A stretch of DNA of 64,000 bases from Camelus dromedarius (GCF_036321535.1 NC_087437.1:121148001-121212000), one strand, 5' to 3'. Positions 1-12,944 are shown, counted from the first letter of the stretch. Numbers and translations are program-made. Notes: generated by a model not told the origin, from the sequence alone.

Positions 1-1129
1 GTGTTGCACACTCTGACCAAATCCGAGAGCAGATCCTGGAACTGGGACTGCTGAGCAGAGGGTGCAGCCCGTGGGAATGTGCTGATCGCCACAGCACCCA
101 CAAGAGGTTCTGGTCCCCTTAACAGCAGTGTAAGTTCACAACAGAGGGGCACACGGTTTTCTATCTTTGACAATTTGATAAACAAAAACCTCATCCTGGT
201 TTCTTTTGCCTAGAGCATCCCAAAGTGTGGAGCCACCAGTACTGAGTTATTTACCCCAGTGAACAAGCATTCCAGGTCTCCTTTCTGACCATCACAAACA
301 CCGCCGCTGCGAGGGTCCTCACCACGCACCTGTGTGCACTAGTGTACGTTCTCACGGTGCCTAAATTTCTAGACATGGGATTTCCAGGCCAGAATATTTG
401 CCAATTTTAAATTCTGGAGGATACTGATAAATGCCCTCAAAAGGACTTTTCAAAATTGTGCCTGCTAAGAATGATGTCAGGAAAGCGAGGGAACAGGGAG
501 CTCTAAGGGGCCACCCTGCTCCCCACAGAAACACTGAAGAAACTGGCGAGGCTCCTGCAGTCAACCTCATCTGAACTCTGGACATGGTCAGAGGTTGACA
601 ACAGCCAAGAGGATGCCTCATCCAGGAAAGAGCAAGTGCATCCCGGCACGAGCCAGTGCGGCAGGAGCTCTGCAGCATTTCGGTGATGCTCGCCCCCACC
701 CCATCCCCCCACCCTGGTCCCCAGCTCAGTAGCAGTCTTGAAGATGGCAGCCTGTGTCCGGGTGAGGTTTCTGGCACTGGAGGGAACAGAGTGGACCTTG
801 TTCTGAAAGAAGTGTGGTTGTCCTGACCTGCTGGTGGCTTCTAGAAGGATTCACACTAAGGGCTTGTCTTCATTTCTTGTAAGTCAGAACTCTCTGAAGG
901 CAGAGAGGCAAATACACGGAGGATGTTTGTCAAATCCACCAGTCATTGCTCCTCAGAAAGATATCAGTTGTGGCCAACAGAAGACACAATGCTGGGACGT
1001 GAGATGCTTTGAGGAGCAGGGCTTTCAAATCTTCCACAGATTCCTGGGCGTCTAGGAGACCTCGTGCATACTCATGAGGGGGCATGTGCTCCAGAAGGAT
1101 CTGAGAAGTCCCTACACACTCACCTCCGG

Positions 1130-1700
1130 CTCCACTTCCAGGTCTGAGCCAGCAGGAAGTGGAGGTGAAGGCAGAGTTGGAAAGTACTTAGCTGAGGGTT
1201 GAAGGCGTTCCTTGACACACACACAGCCCAGCGACAAAGACTGGAAAAAATGTTTTTTGGCTCCAGTGTTTAAGGAACTCTGTCAGATCACTATCTGACC
1301 ACTAAGCTAATGCAACAGTGACCACACATGACAAAGACTACAGTCATTACAAAACTAGTTTAGAAGAATCGGCGAATAAAACAACAACAACAACGTGCCA
1401 CAACAATCAGCAACAACCAGCTACAGGGAAGGGGGAAAGCCGGATGTCCAAAGTCGCCACACTCTCTCAGTGCACTTGATTAAAGGGAAGCACAAGGAAA
1501 GAACTATGGGAAACTGAGAGAATGATATCTCACCAAATGAAGAATATCAACAAAGAGAGAGAAACTTTGTTTTTTTAAAAAAGGACCAAAAAGAATGTCT
1601 GGAGCTGAAAACTTCAGTGGAGGGGCTCAATAGCACATTTGAGGAGTCAGGAGAAAGATAGTAAATGTGAAGATAGGTCAGTTGAAAGACTCCAGTCTGA
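1130..1700 (+). mobile_element. Ancient L1 5'/ORF1 relic
   Basis: Degenerate L1M-type 5'/ORF1-like sequence (…gaatgtctggagctgaaaa…gggctcaatagcacatttgag…). Boundaries approximate. Confidence 0.55.
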
Positions 1701-3500
1701 CATTGTATCAGAAAGAACAAAATACCTAGGAATAAACCTACCTAAGGAGGTAACTGTATTGTGAAAACTGTAAGACACTGATGAGAGAAATTGAAGACAA
1801 CACAAGCAGATGGGAGACACACGGCACTCGAATTGGAAGGCTCAGTACTGTTAAAATGGCCGTACTACCCACGGCAACCTAGAGTCAATGCAGTCCCTAC
1901 CAAATTGCCAATGACATTTTTCACAGGACTAGAATAAAAATTTTTTGATCTGTATGGAAGCACAAAAGACCCCAAATAGCAAAATCAACCTTAAGAAAGA
2001 AGAATGGAGCCCGAGGCGTCATGCCCACTGACCTCAGACTACACTACAAAGCTACAGCAATCAAAGCAGTATGGTACTGGCATAAAAACAGACACACAGA
2101 TCAATGGACCAGGATAGAAAGTCCAGAAAGAAACTCATGCATTTATGGTGAATTGATCTATGACAAAGGAAGCAAGAATATACAATGAAGAAAAGGCAGT
2201 CCCTTCAGTAAGTGGTGTTGGGAAAACTGGACAGCTACATGTAAAATAATGAAATTAAAACATTCTCTAACACCATATACAAAATAAACACAAAATGGAC
2301 TAAAGACCTAAATGTAAGACCAGACGCTATACAACTCCTAGAGGAAAACATAGGCAGAACACTCTTTGACATAAATTTCAGCAATATTTTTTTCAAACCA
2401 GCTCTTAGAGTAATAGAAATAAAAGCAGAAATAAACAAATGGGATCTAATTAAACTTAAAAGGTTTTATACAGCAAAGGAAACCATAAACAAAACAAAAA
2501 GATAACCTACAGAATGGGAGAAAATATTTGTGAATGACATGACACACAAGGGACTAATTTTCAAAATATACAAACAGCTCATACACCTTAATATTAAAAA
2601 AAAACCCAATCAAAANNNNNNNNNNNNNNNNNNNNNNNNNNNNNNNNNNNNNNNNNNNNNNNNNNNNNNNNNNNNNNNNNNNNNNNNNNNNNNNNNNNNN
2701 NNNNNNNNNNNNNNNNNNNNNNNNNNNNNNNNNNNNNNNNNNNNNNNNNNNNNNNNNNNNNNNNNNNATCAAAAAGAACACAAATNNNNNNNNNNNNNNN
2801 NNNNNNNNNNNNNNNNNNNNNNNNNNNNNNNNNNNNNNNNNNNNNNNNNNNNNNNNNNNNNNNNNNNNNNNNNNNNNNNNNNNNNNNNNNNNNNNNNNNN
2901 NNNNNNNNNNNNNNNNNNNNNNNNNNNNNNNNNNNNNNNNNNNAAAAATAATGAAAGCAGTAATTTTAAAAGATACATGCATCCCAAGGTTCATAGCAGC
3001 GTTCTTTANNNNNNNNNNNNNNNNNNNNNNNNNNNNNNNNNNNNNNNNNNNNNNNNNNNNNNNNNNNNNNNNNNNNNNNNNNNNNNNNNNNNNNNNNNNN
3101 NNNNNNNNNNNNNNNNNNNNNNNNNNNNNNNNNNNNNNNNNNNNNNNNNNNNNNNNNNNNNNNNNNNNNNNNNNNNNNNNNNNNNNNNNNNNNNNNNNNN
3201 NNNNNNNNNNNNNNNNNNNNNNNNNNNNNNNNNNNNNNNNNNNNNNNNNGACTATAACAAAAAAGAAGCAAACTCACAGATATAGAGAATAAACTAGTGG
3301 TTCCCAGTGGGGAGAGGGACGGGGTTCAGGCAATATAGGGGCAAGGAATTAAAAGGTACAAACTATTACATATAAAATAAGTTACAAGGATATACTGTAT
3401 GACACAGGGAACATAGCCAATACTTTATAATAACTATAAGTGGAGTATAACCTTTAAAACTGTGAATTACTATATTGTACATCTGTATTGTACACCATAC
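1701..3500 (+). mobile_element. 5'-truncated L1 (ORF2 C-terminal part + 3' UTR), with three N-runs
   Basis: aaatacctaggaataaacctacctaaggagg (KYLGINLPKE), then tggtactggcataaaaacagacac, ggagaaaatatttgtga and an L1 3'-UTR-like end. Contains stops and frameshifts. Confidence 0.85.
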
Positions 3501-3640
3501 TTGAAAGAAAATAAATAGACATAAAACAACTAACAAGATTAAATCAGTAATTGAACATTTCCCCAAAAATAAAAGCCCAGGATAAAATGGTTAAATGCTG
3601 AATTCTACTAAACATTTATAGAATAATCAACACCAATCCC

Positions 3641-3820
3641 TTTTTTAAAACCTGCTTTTGTCCAGCTATTTTATTTTTTACTTTTATTTATTTTTTTCAT
3701 TTTTTGAGGGGGGAGGTCATTGGGTTTATTCATTTTTTTTTAACAGAGGTACTGGGGATTGAACCCAGGACCTCAGGCACATGGGGCATGCACTCTACCA
3801 CTGAGCTATGCTCTCATCCC
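3641..3820 (-). mobile_element. tRNA-derived SINE (camelid-type)
   Basis: T-rich tail followed by gaggtactggggattgaacccaggacctc…cactctaccactgagcta (reverse complement of A/B-box head). Confidence 0.85.
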
Positions 3821-4286
3821 CAGCGCTAATCTTCCTTAAACTTCCCCCACAGCAGAAGATGAGGGAACACTTTCTCATTCTATGAGGTCAGTATCATCCT
3901 GATACCAAAACCAGACAAAGAAAAAAAAAGAAAACCTCAGACTGAAATTTCTTATAGATAAAAAATCTCCAACAAAATACAATCATACAAAATCCAGCAG
4001 CATATTAAAAGGATTATACACCACAACCAAGTGGGATTTATACAAAGAATGCAAAAGTGATTGAATGTATGAAAACCAGTCAACGTAATGCACCACATAA
4101 ATAAAATGAAGGAAAACAACCACACGATTATCTCAACTGATAACAGGAAAAGAATTTCACAAAAGCCAACACTCTTTCACGATAAAAATACTCAATAAAC
4201 TAGGAACAGAAGGAACTTCCTCAACATCGTAGCGAGCATATGGAAAACCCACAGCCAACGTCATGCGCATCGGTGAGACGGAAAAC

Positions 4287-4472
4287 GTCCCCCCTCCAAT
4301 CAGGAACAAGGCAAGGAGTCCCCCCTCCAATCAGGAACAAGGCAAGGGGTCCCCCCTCCAATCAGGAGCAAGGCAAGGGGTCCCCCCTCCAATCAGGAAC
4401 AAGGCAAGGGGTCCCCCCTTCAATCAGGAACAAAGCAAGGGGTCCCCCCTCCAATCAGGAACAAGGCAAGGA
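4287..4472 (+). repeat. Minisatellite, 6 x 31 bp (gtcccccctccaatcaggaacaaggcaaggg)
   Basis: Units start at 4287, 4318, 4349, 4380, 4411 and 4442, with 0-2 mismatches each. The last unit runs into L1 ORF2 …gcaaggatgcccact. Confidence 0.95.
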
Positions 4473-4529
4473 TGCCCACTTTCACCACTTCTAGTCAACG
4501 CTGTCCTGGAAGTTCCAGCAAGAATCATA

Positions 4530-5790
4530 TGCAAAAGAATAAAGTTGAACCCTGTCTCACACCATATGCAAAAATTAACTCCAAGTACATCAAAACCTTA
4601 ACTATAAGACCTAAAACTACAACTCTTAGAAGAAAACATAGGGGTAAATCTGCATAACCTTAGATTTGGCAACAGTTTCTTAGATATGACGCCAAAAACA
4701 CAAGCCACGTGGGAAAAATAGATCAATTTGACTTCACCAAAATTAGAAAATTTTGTATATTGAAGGATACTGTCAAGAAAGTGAAAAGGCAACCCACAGA
4801 ATGGAAGACGTTATTAGCAAATCATACTCCTGATAAAGATCTAGTATTCGGAAAGCATAAAGAAATCCTAAAATTGGACAACAATTAAAAATGGGCAAAG
4901 CACCTTGATAGACATTTCCTCAAAGAAGATATATGGACAGCTAAGAAGCACATGAAAGGGAGAACAAAATCATTGGCGTTCCAGAAATACAGATCAGAAC
5001 CAAAAGGAGATGACCCTCATTAGGGTGGCTATAGGCAAGAGGAAGAAATAAGAGAAAAATGAGAGCAAGTGTGAGGAGGTTGGAATCCTTGTTTGTTGCT
5101 GGTGGGAACGTAAAACGGTGCAGCTGCTGTGGAAAACTGTCTGGCAGTTCCTCAAAATGTTAAACATAGGGTTATCATCTGAGCCNNNNNNNNNNNNNNN
5201 NNNNNNNNNNNNNNNNNNNNNNNNNNNNNNNNNNNNNNNNNNNNNNNNNNNNNNNNNNNNNNNNNNNNNNNNNNNNNNNNNNNNNNNNNNNNNNNNNNNN
5301 NNNNNNNNNNNNNNNNNNNNNNNNNNNNNNNNNNNNNNNNNNNNNNNNNNNNNNNNNNCAATTAGCCCTAAAAAGGAGTGAAGCACTGATCCATGCTCCA
5401 ACGTTGATGAACTTGGAAACATCCTGCTGAGCGAAAGGAGTCAGACACAAAATGCTACAGATTGTATGACTCCATCTACATGAAATGTGCAAAACAGGCA
5501 ACACTGTAGAGACAGAAAGCACATTAGTGATTGAAGGGGGCAGGGAGGGACTCTTAATAGCACAGGATTTCCTTTTTTTTTTTTTTGGAGGCACTGGGGA
5601 TTGAACCCAGGATCTCCTGCATGCTAAGCATGTGCTCTACCACTGAGCTATTTCCCTCCCTCAAGGATTTCCTTTTAAAGTAATGAGAATGTTCTGGATG
5701 GTGGGCATGGCTGTGCATGTGACTGTACTAAATGCCACTGAATTCTGCACTTCAAAATGGATAAAATCATAAACTTTGTATTATTTGTTA
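4530..5790 (+). mobile_element. L1 ORF2 3' end/3' UTR relic (L1MA/MB-like)
   Basis: ctcacaccatatgcaaaaattaactcc, ggcaacccacagaatggaag, tgctggtgggaacgtaaaacggtgcagctgctgtggaaaac. Contains an N-run and a SINE. Confidence 0.75.
5577..5663 (-). mobile_element. Short tRNA-derived SINE with perfect 13-bp TSD
   Basis: TSD aggatttcctttt at 5564-5576 and 5664-5676. Body ggaggcactggggattgaacccagg…ctaccactgagcta. Confidence 0.92.
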
Positions 5791-6852
5791 TCACAATTTT
5801 TAAAAATTATGTCAGCTAAGGGGCTTCTAAGGGTGAGGCCCTCATGGCCAGCGGCACTGGAAGTTATCCGAGTTGTAAATCTTGGATGATCTTACAGGTG
5901 AGATATTTATGTTTTAATTTGGGAAACTATTTATTGAGATCAAGTAGTTTTTCATATGATTATTGGAAATTTGAATATTTTAAATTTTGTTTGATTCTTT
6001 TATATCTTTATTGTTCTAGTTTAAGGTCTTTAAAATTTTCATATTAACCTTTTATCTATTGCACAAATTGCAAACATTTCCTGGCAGTTCAATATCCTCA
6101 ATTTGTCCATGAAAAAGATTCCCTGTGGGTTTTGATGGAAATTACATCAATGATGGGTCTTCCTTCAGCTTCATACCACCCGGACCCTCTCTTGTCTCCG
6201 GATGAAAGCACGACACAGGACCTGCCTCTCTCAGGTAACTGACCATGGCTCTGCGGAACATGGCTTAGGACTCAAATTTCAGTCCCTGAATCTGGTTCTC
6301 CTAATGAACCAGGGAGCTCTGACTTCGATAGAAAGTTCCATTTCCTTCTTCTGGAAGGGAAGGTCCTCTCCTGTCCTCAGGCCTCATCCGTCTTGCTCAC
6401 ATGGGTACCACGGAAGCTCACAGAGCCCACCAGGAGGGGTCTGTCCTCACGTTGCCTTTTCCCCTAATAGACACACCATCGATTTCTCCCCAATCGCAGG
6501 CCAGGCCAGCTGTCCCAGGTGAGGCTCTAAACACAAAATGCGGACCGACAGAGCACATGTCACCATGGGCCCGGAGCTGTCTCCCCAGCTCTGGGGAGGG
6601 CCCCTGGCACATGACCCACCAGGGGAAGCCATGGGGTCAGCCACGGGGAGGTTGCACGTTTCTGCCAGGTGTCTGGCGGGGCCAGACTCAGGCCAGGATT
6701 CGGTGCCCTGCCAGCATCATCAGTGTCAGGAGTTGAGCAAGGACATCTCATGACAGTGGAACCAGCTGAATGAGAGTCCTCACCAGGAAACACATCAAAC
6801 AGGAAGTGACGGCATGGGGCCTCCTTCAGGGACAACATACACACCTGGAGGG

Positions 6853-6859
6853 TATAAAA
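6853..6859 (+). promoter_or_regulatory. TATA box of KRTAP10 gene A
   Basis: TATAAAA 113 bp before the ATG, followed by a (CA)n-rich 5' UTR typical of these genes. Confidence 0.85.
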
Positions 6860-6873
6860 GCTGACAGCAGGAG

Positions 6874-6910
<37 letters not shown>

Positions 6911-6965
6911 CACACACACACACTCACTCACACACTCACCCTCCTCCAGCCCCACCGCCCACACC

Positions 6966-7556
6966 ATGGCCGCGCCTGCCCTGTCCGTCTGTTCCAGCAA
7001 CCTGAGCTACGGCAGCCGGGTCTGCCTGCCCGGTCCCTGTGACTCCTGCACCGGCTCCTCCTGGCAGGTGGACGACTGCCCAGAGAGCTGCTGCGAGCCC
7101 CCCTGCTGCGCCCCGGCCCCCTGCCTGAGCCTCCTCTGCACCCCAGCGAGCTGTGAGCCCTGTCCTTGCCCATCTGCCTGCACCAGCTCCTGCACGGCCT
7201 TGTGCTGCCCGCAGTCTAGCTGCCAGCCCTCCTGCTGCACCTCCTCCCTCTGCCAGCAGGACTGCTGTGCGCCCCTCTGCTGCAGGCCCGTGTGCTGCAC
7301 ACCTGTCTGCTGCAGGCCCGTGTGCTGCAGGCCTGTCTGCTGCAGGCCCGTGTGCTGTGAGCCCACCCCCTGCCCCTCGTCCTGCTGCAGACCCTCCTCC
7401 TGTGTGTCCCTGCTCTGCCGCCCCGTGTGCAGACCCACCTGCTGTGCCCCCGCCCCCTCCTGCCAGCCCAGCTGCTGCCACCCAGCCTCCTGCGTGTCCC
7501 TGCTCTGCCGCCCCAGGTGCTCCCGCTCAGCCTGCTGTGTCCCCGATTCAGCCTAG
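6966..7556 (+). CDS. KRTAP10: Keratin-associated protein, KRTAP10 family (gene A), 196 aa, single exon
   Basis: MAAPALSVCSSNLSYGSRVCLPGPCDSCTGSSWQVDDCPESCCEPPCC is a KRTAP10-type N-terminus, followed by CCRPV/CCTPV pentamers. Kozak accATGg, TATA at 6853, AATAAA at 7850. Member number cannot be assigned. Confidence 0.95.
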   Translation: MAAPALSVCSSNLSYGSRVCLPGPCDSCTGSSWQVDDCPESCCEPPCCAPAPCLSLLCTPASCEPCPCPSACTSSCTALCCPQSSCQPSCCTSSLCQQDCCAPLCCRPVCCTPVCCRPVCCRPVCCRPVCCEPTPCPSSCCRPSSCVSLLCRPVCRPTCCAPAPSCQPSCCHPASCVSLLCRPRCSRSACCVPDSA

Positions 7557-7849
7557 AAGTCCGGCTGCTGACCCTTCCTGCTTTTATCCAGGGTCCTTTC
7601 CCTAGCAGGAGGCCACCCTCCCAGCCAGCTGCACCCTCTCTCGCTTTAACAACCACAGGGAACAGAATGTGAGCCCCTTCACCTGGCCCCGCCCCTCATC
7701 TCAAGGACTCGAGCTGCTCACCAAGTCCCTTCTGATGCTGGTCCCTCGGGTGCCCCAGGAGACGCACTGCACCCCCTGAACCCTAGGGTGCTGTCCTCAC
7801 CGCAGCAGGCCTGTTCCCACCCCAGGACGTGACATAACCTCTGAGTCCT

Positions 7850-7855
7850 AATAAA
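7850..7855 (+). terminator. Polyadenylation signal of gene A
   Basis: AATAAA about 295 nt after the stop, followed by a GT-rich element (ctgtcctgtctgtgg). Confidence 0.75.
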
Positions 7856-8209
7856 GCCACCTCCATCTCAATGACCTGTCCTGTCTGTGGATTCGCGGTG
7901 GCAGGGTGAAGGGGACGCCTGGTGCTGGCCTCTGTGACCCCCACAGGCCAGGCCCACTCTGAGGCCCGTAGCCCCCTGAGCTCCAGCACGCAGCCCTGGG
8001 GTCCATCTCAAGAAAACTGCCTCTGGACCCATGGCCAGTGGTCGTGGGACAATGGTGGACCCCAGTTCGCTGCAGTTCAGACAGCGGCCTGCCTCGCTCC
8101 TTCCTGAAGCAGACCCCTCAGGACAGGCAGCAGGGGCTGCCCCCAGGGCCAGAGACCAAGCCGACTCAGCCTTGTCCACCCTCCTGGCGGCAAAGGCAGG
8201 TCCTTATGA

Positions 8210-8742
8210 AGGGAGAAAGTGAGGGTCCCAAGGACAGAGATGTTGCTTGCCTGCTGCGGTCCTAGCGTGTCTGCAGGGGCCCTAGCCTTCGTCCTGTGGC
8301 TTGAATAAGGAAATGTTCACATCCTGAGACGTAAGGGGGTCATTCTGGCTTGTGCGTGGGCGCCCTTGAACTTGATGCTGACTGAAACGGCATCTGCGGC
8401 CTGTCAAACACGCACCGTCCATCAGCTTTAATTATTACAGAAAAGGGCACATTGACCAGGAGTAAATAAGGTCCGTGTTGAAAACACAGATGAAGCACCC
8501 CTCCCAGGGCGCCAGTGCCGGTCCTCCTTTGATGATAAGACCCCGCCCAGGTGCCGAGGCCGCGCCGTCTGTGCCTATGAGACCTTGAACACATGGATCC
8601 CTGACTTGTTTAAAGTTCTTTCTTTTGACAAGATACAAAACTCTGCTGGGGGGGCGGGGGGTGGAGCTCAGAGGTAGAGCGTGTGCTCAGCATGCACAAG
8701 GTCCTGGGTTCAGTCCCCGGTCCCTCCATTAAAAAATAAACA

Positions 8743-8778
<36 letters not shown>

Positions 8779-8924
8779 AAACTGTGCTGAAAAGCCTGCT
8801 TCTCCAGACCAGTTTCTTGGAGGAGTCTGGGAAGCGGACTTCTGGGCTAGTCCTCAACCTGGCTCAAATAAAACTCTTTTCTATTCTTACTATATTGATT
8901 ATTTATTGATCATTTCCGTCAGCA
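8210..8924 (+). mobile_element. ERV1-type LTR relic (MER4-group-like), interrupted by a SINE
   Basis: gtcctcaacctggctcaaataaaactc (R-region/polyA-like) and terminal …tttccgtcagca. The 5' boundary is uncertain. Confidence 0.5.
8649..8778 (+). mobile_element. tRNA-derived SINE with (TA)n tail
   Basis: ggagctcagaggtagagcg…gtcctgggttcagtcccc. TSD aaactctgctg / aaactgtgctg. Confidence 0.9.
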
Positions 8925-9184
8925 CGCTCAAGCGTCTCTGTGCGCTGGAGGCGACGCTGACACTGCGGGTCTGAGCCCTCCTCCCCGTGGCCTCAGCCAC
9001 CGCAGGGTCGGACAGCAGCGACTCACTCCCTAGACCCTGCACTCGGCCCGGCTGCTTGCACGCTGTCAGCGGCGCGGCCGGGCCCCGAGAGCGCGGCTCC
9101 CTGGGACGCCGTCCCCGCCACCTCGGCCAGCGCCCCGTTGGATGCTTGCCTCTGCTTCGCCAGGACTGCAGTCCCAGGACAGCC

Positions 9185-10090
9185 ACTTTGGAAAACAGTT
9201 TCTCAAAACTTTAGACTTCGAATATGACCCTGCAAGTCCACTTCTGGGCGTCTACCCGGAAGAACTGAAAACAGGTGTGCCAGCAAAAGTGTGTGCATCA
9301 GCGTTCAAGCAGCTCTGCTCACAATAATCCAAAAGTGGAAGCAGCCCACAGGCCCATCGGCTGAAGGTGGATAAAAATGTGCCCCGCCGCTCAGCGGAGT
9401 ATCACTCAGCCACGGAAAGCAGGGAAGCGCCGATCACGTTGCAGCCGGAAGAGCCTCGAGAACGTGGCACCAAATGACACAAATGCACTTGCTCACAAGA
9501 CACAGACTCACAGACACAGAAAACAAACTTACGGTTCCCGGGGGGAACGGGGTGGGTGGAGGGATAAACTGGCAGTTCGGGATTTGCAGACACTAACTAC
9601 TACATATAAAATAGATACACAACAAGGTCTTACTGGACAGCCCAGGGAACTACATTCACTACCTCGTAACAGCCTGTAATGAAAAAGAGCGTGAAAAGGA
9701 ACATATATACATTCGTGTGACTGACTCACTCCGCTGTGCACCAGAAATTAACACAACACTGTAAACTGACCACACTGCAGTAGGAGAAAAGAAACAGAAA
9801 AAGAAAAATTCCTAAAGAAAAAGGAAAATGTGATGTTCAGCGAGGGAAGCCAGACCCCAAAGGCCACGTGGTGTGTGATTCCACTGACAGGAAACGCCCA
9901 GAACAGGCCACTCCAGGGACAGCCCCTGGGAGCCAGGGGACAGGCGAGGGGAGGACGGGAGCCACTGCTGATGGCTTTGGGGGGATGGGCTGTGAAAATG
10001 TTCCAAAGGAAAATAACGGTGACGGTTGATGGCTGCACAACTCTGAATACGGTGACACCCGTAAATCGTGTGCTTTAGTGGGTGGACTTT
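9185..10090 (+). mobile_element. Old L1 3' end containing a nested younger L1 3' UTR (about 9467-9823)
   Basis: Outer: tatgaccctgcaagtccacttctgggcgtctacc…aaggccacgtggtgtgtgattccac. Inner: cagactcacagacacagaaaacaaacttacgg…cactgtaaactgac with A-rich tail, flanked by gagaacgtg / gaaaatgtg. Confidence 0.75.
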
Positions 10091-11849
10091 ACAGCATGTG
10101 AATTATATCTCCGTAAATCTGCTAAAAGCAAAACGTTTCATTCCATCCCCGGTTCTGATGGATTCCGAGGCTTTTATCTCGCCTGTATCCGAGTGGAAAT
10201 CAGTGACTCCGGGGCAGTGAGAGGAGCCCCAGGAGGCCAGCCGTGGCCCGAGTCCTTGAGGGGTTTCCGGGAATGACAGGGTAGAACCCTCAGGCTGACT
10301 TTAAAATCAACAGAAAGAAGGAGGTGGTGACAGGACTGTGAAAGATTTTCCCAGGGGACCCGGAGCCACCCCAAAGTGGGTGTCGGCAGGGGCTGCACAT
10401 GAGGTCAGGCTGTGTGTCACCCTGGGTCATCAACTCCTGGCTTCAAGCTGTGAGGGACACTGCCCAGGGCATCCAGCTGACTCCCAGGGGACACGGGAGA
10501 AGAGCTAGCCAGGGTGGGTGGGCTGGAGGGTCCCAGCCAGGGTCACAGGATGGAGAGGACAGGCAATGCTCTAGGAAAGTTCTAGACAAGGGGGAGCCCT
10601 GCATCCTGCGGACAAGCTCCCCCACTCCTCAGGGCCCGGCTGTCAGCTCCCCACGCAGGAAGGTGTGTTTGCCTGTGCAGCGGATGAGGCATCAGTGAGC
10701 ACTGAACAGCCCAGACCCTCGCTTACAAATAGGAATAATAAGGGTCCCCAGACACTTAAGGAAATCAACACGAAAGGGAAGCAAAACTCTGAACGAACGA
10801 TAAAGCAAGGAAATGGAGGGGCTACCACTTCCTAAAATAAGAACAAGATGTGGGTTTAAAACAACAAAAAAGGAAGGAAGAAAAGAAGGAAAGAGGCAGA
10901 GGGGAGGGAGGGAAACACTCAGAGTTTCTGGAAACTAAAAGCATGACTCTCCGAACAAACAGGAAACCAACAGACAGTCTGCGTATGGACTGCATGTGGT
11001 AAGAGGTGACCGGGAAGATCAGGCAAGGATTTTCCCAGAATGCAACGCGGGACAAAGAGCTGAGGACGGGAAGAGGTTAACCACAAGGCGGGTACGTCTA
11101 GGGGACCCAGTATCTGTGATCCTAACCCGCGCCGCCGCAGGAGACACAGCCTCCGGGACGGAAGGAGGTCATCCCGCAACAGAGTAAATGTGCCTTGCAC
11201 TCAAAGACGATGTGAACAACGAGGTCGAAACAAGCCAGCAAAGGCCTACAGCAACGTCTGGAGCGCGGGGCGTCTGGGGACGTTAAAGAGCGACACGACG
11301 CACACACCTCCACAAGGTTCCAGGAGGAGAAGTGGTCACTGAAAGAACCAGTCGTACCAACAGGAGACCCAGCAGCGGGGCCACCTCTCCCCGACGCGGA
11401 GGGCGACCCACCCTGCCCCAGGCTCAGCCTTGCACCCTTCAAACACCAGGAACCCGGGACGGTTACTACCCAGGAGGCTTCTGAAACTGCCACTCAGAAG
11501 AGTACTCGTTTCTCCTACAAAACGAACAGTGGCGCTGCCTTTCCAACCGTCCACAGCGCGCTCACAGGTGCCCGGCACGGCGCCTCAAGCCCAGAGAGCA
11601 GGGGCCGCAGAGGTGTCCTCCGGTGACAGCACGGCCGTCGGTCCCGCTTCCTAAGTACACGCTCACCCCCTGGGAAACTTTAAAGTCCCTTTCTACGTGA
11701 CTTCTGATCGATGGTGCAACTAAGACGGACTGACAGACCATTGAGAAGCTGATGCCCCTGAAATCAGCGGGCGCCGGGAGCGAGAGGAAATGGCGAAGCG
11801 GCGCGAACGGACATCTACTCTCTCCACTGTACAGGCCGGAAAGCAAAAT

Positions 11850-12600
11850 GTAAGCATTCAACTCAGTAAGCCAGGGAAAACGCCTTAAAAAATGTTTAAA
11901 GAGTAGGAGAAAGGAGCTTTAAAAGATTTAAAGTAAAAACTAATGAAATATAAAACAAAGACTGTCACTTTAAAAATATCGATAAAATGTTAAAAGCTCT
12001 GGCAAGTCTAATAAAAATTACGTTAAAAATGGGAAAAAAGAATATGCTTGCAGATTCAGGTTATTTTTGCTTTTAAGTATAAGAAGGTAGTATGAGTATA
12101 TTTATCCTAAAATTTGAAAATATAAATGAAATATACCATGTTCAAAAAACATATAAACTACCTACATTGACTGACAAAGTGAAAGAAAAATTTTTAGTCC
12201 AATAGGATTATTACCTTTATTTGGCAAATATACTGAAGATCTGTTCTGTTTCAAATATGGAAATGGATTTTTTCCTAGTCAAACAAATTTTATTGAAAAA
12301 AATTTTAATACAACACAATCCAAAGAAAATTTGAAAAGATGTTGAAAGATCTGATTCTCCAAAAGGCACAGACTCAGTTCTCAAGGTGTAGGGAACCCAA
12401 TAGCCTTCAGCACGGAGGCCTTTCCTGTAATACTGCAAACATCCAGAGCTCAGAAAGAAACAGAAGTTTTCTGGGCTTATCTCATAAGGCTGGCAAAACC
12501 CCGATGCCAAAACCAGCCGGGAGAGAGAGAAACTGACTAGTGACCTATGTCATGTAAGAGATTGTAAATAATGTTTTAGCAAATTTAATATGGAGATACA
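11850..12600 (+). mobile_element. Degenerate L1 ORF2 relic
   Basis: A-rich L1-like sequence (atcgataaaatgttaaaagctctggcaag; ctcataaggctggcaaaaccccgatgccaaaaccag). Confidence 0.5.
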
Positions 12601-12618
12601 TTAAAAGAACAACATGCC

Positions 12619-12820
12619 GGGGGGAGGGTATAGCTCAGTGGTTAGAGTGCGTGCTTAGCACACATGAGGTCCTGGGTTCAATCCCCAGCACCTCCATTAA
12701 AAATAAATAAATAAACCTAATTACCTCACCCTAAAAACTAATAAAAATAAATCTATAACAAAAAGCAAAAACAAAGTGGAGGACAAAATTTAAAGTCTAT
12801 TAATTTCTTAAAGATCAGAA
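12619..12820 (+). mobile_element. Full-length tRNA-derived SINE
   Basis: ggggggagggtatagctcagtggttagagtgcgtgcttagc…gtcctgggttcaatccccagcacctcc plus A-rich tail. Imperfect TSD aaaaga…atgcc. Confidence 0.92.
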
Positions 12821-12944
12821 AAAAAGAATATGCCATTGTCAAGCAGAGTAGTTCTCAGAAATGATAGTTCTCAGAAATGATATAATTAACAATGCTAGTA
12901 GGTGGAAACAGAAAAGTCATTGAGAGTTAGAACTCTCAACACAC

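Larger units (their letters stand above)
3510..4520 (+). mobile_element. Older L1 ORF2 RT-domain fragment, interrupted by a SINE and a minisatellite
   Basis: aaaagcccagg…gctgaattctac (KSPG…EFY), ttctatgaggtcagtatcatcctgataccaaaaccagac (FYE..I.LIPKPD), caaggatgcccactttcaccact (QGCPLSP). Confidence 0.8.

Noticed and set aside
361-1055. Short ORFs at the window start as a processed pseudogene
   Set aside because: No recognisable protein in any frame. Possibly an old L1 5' region.
2530-3292. ORFs containing X runs (also about 5000-5600, 15964-16267, 18698-19093)
   Set aside because: Artefacts of N gaps hiding stop codons.
4287-4472. CRISPR-like array
   Set aside because: Head-to-tail repeats without spacers, in a mammalian L1.
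12619-12700. tRNA gene (and similar at the other SINE heads)
   Set aside because: A/B boxes belong to SINEs with A-rich tails and TSDs. No complete cloverleaf.
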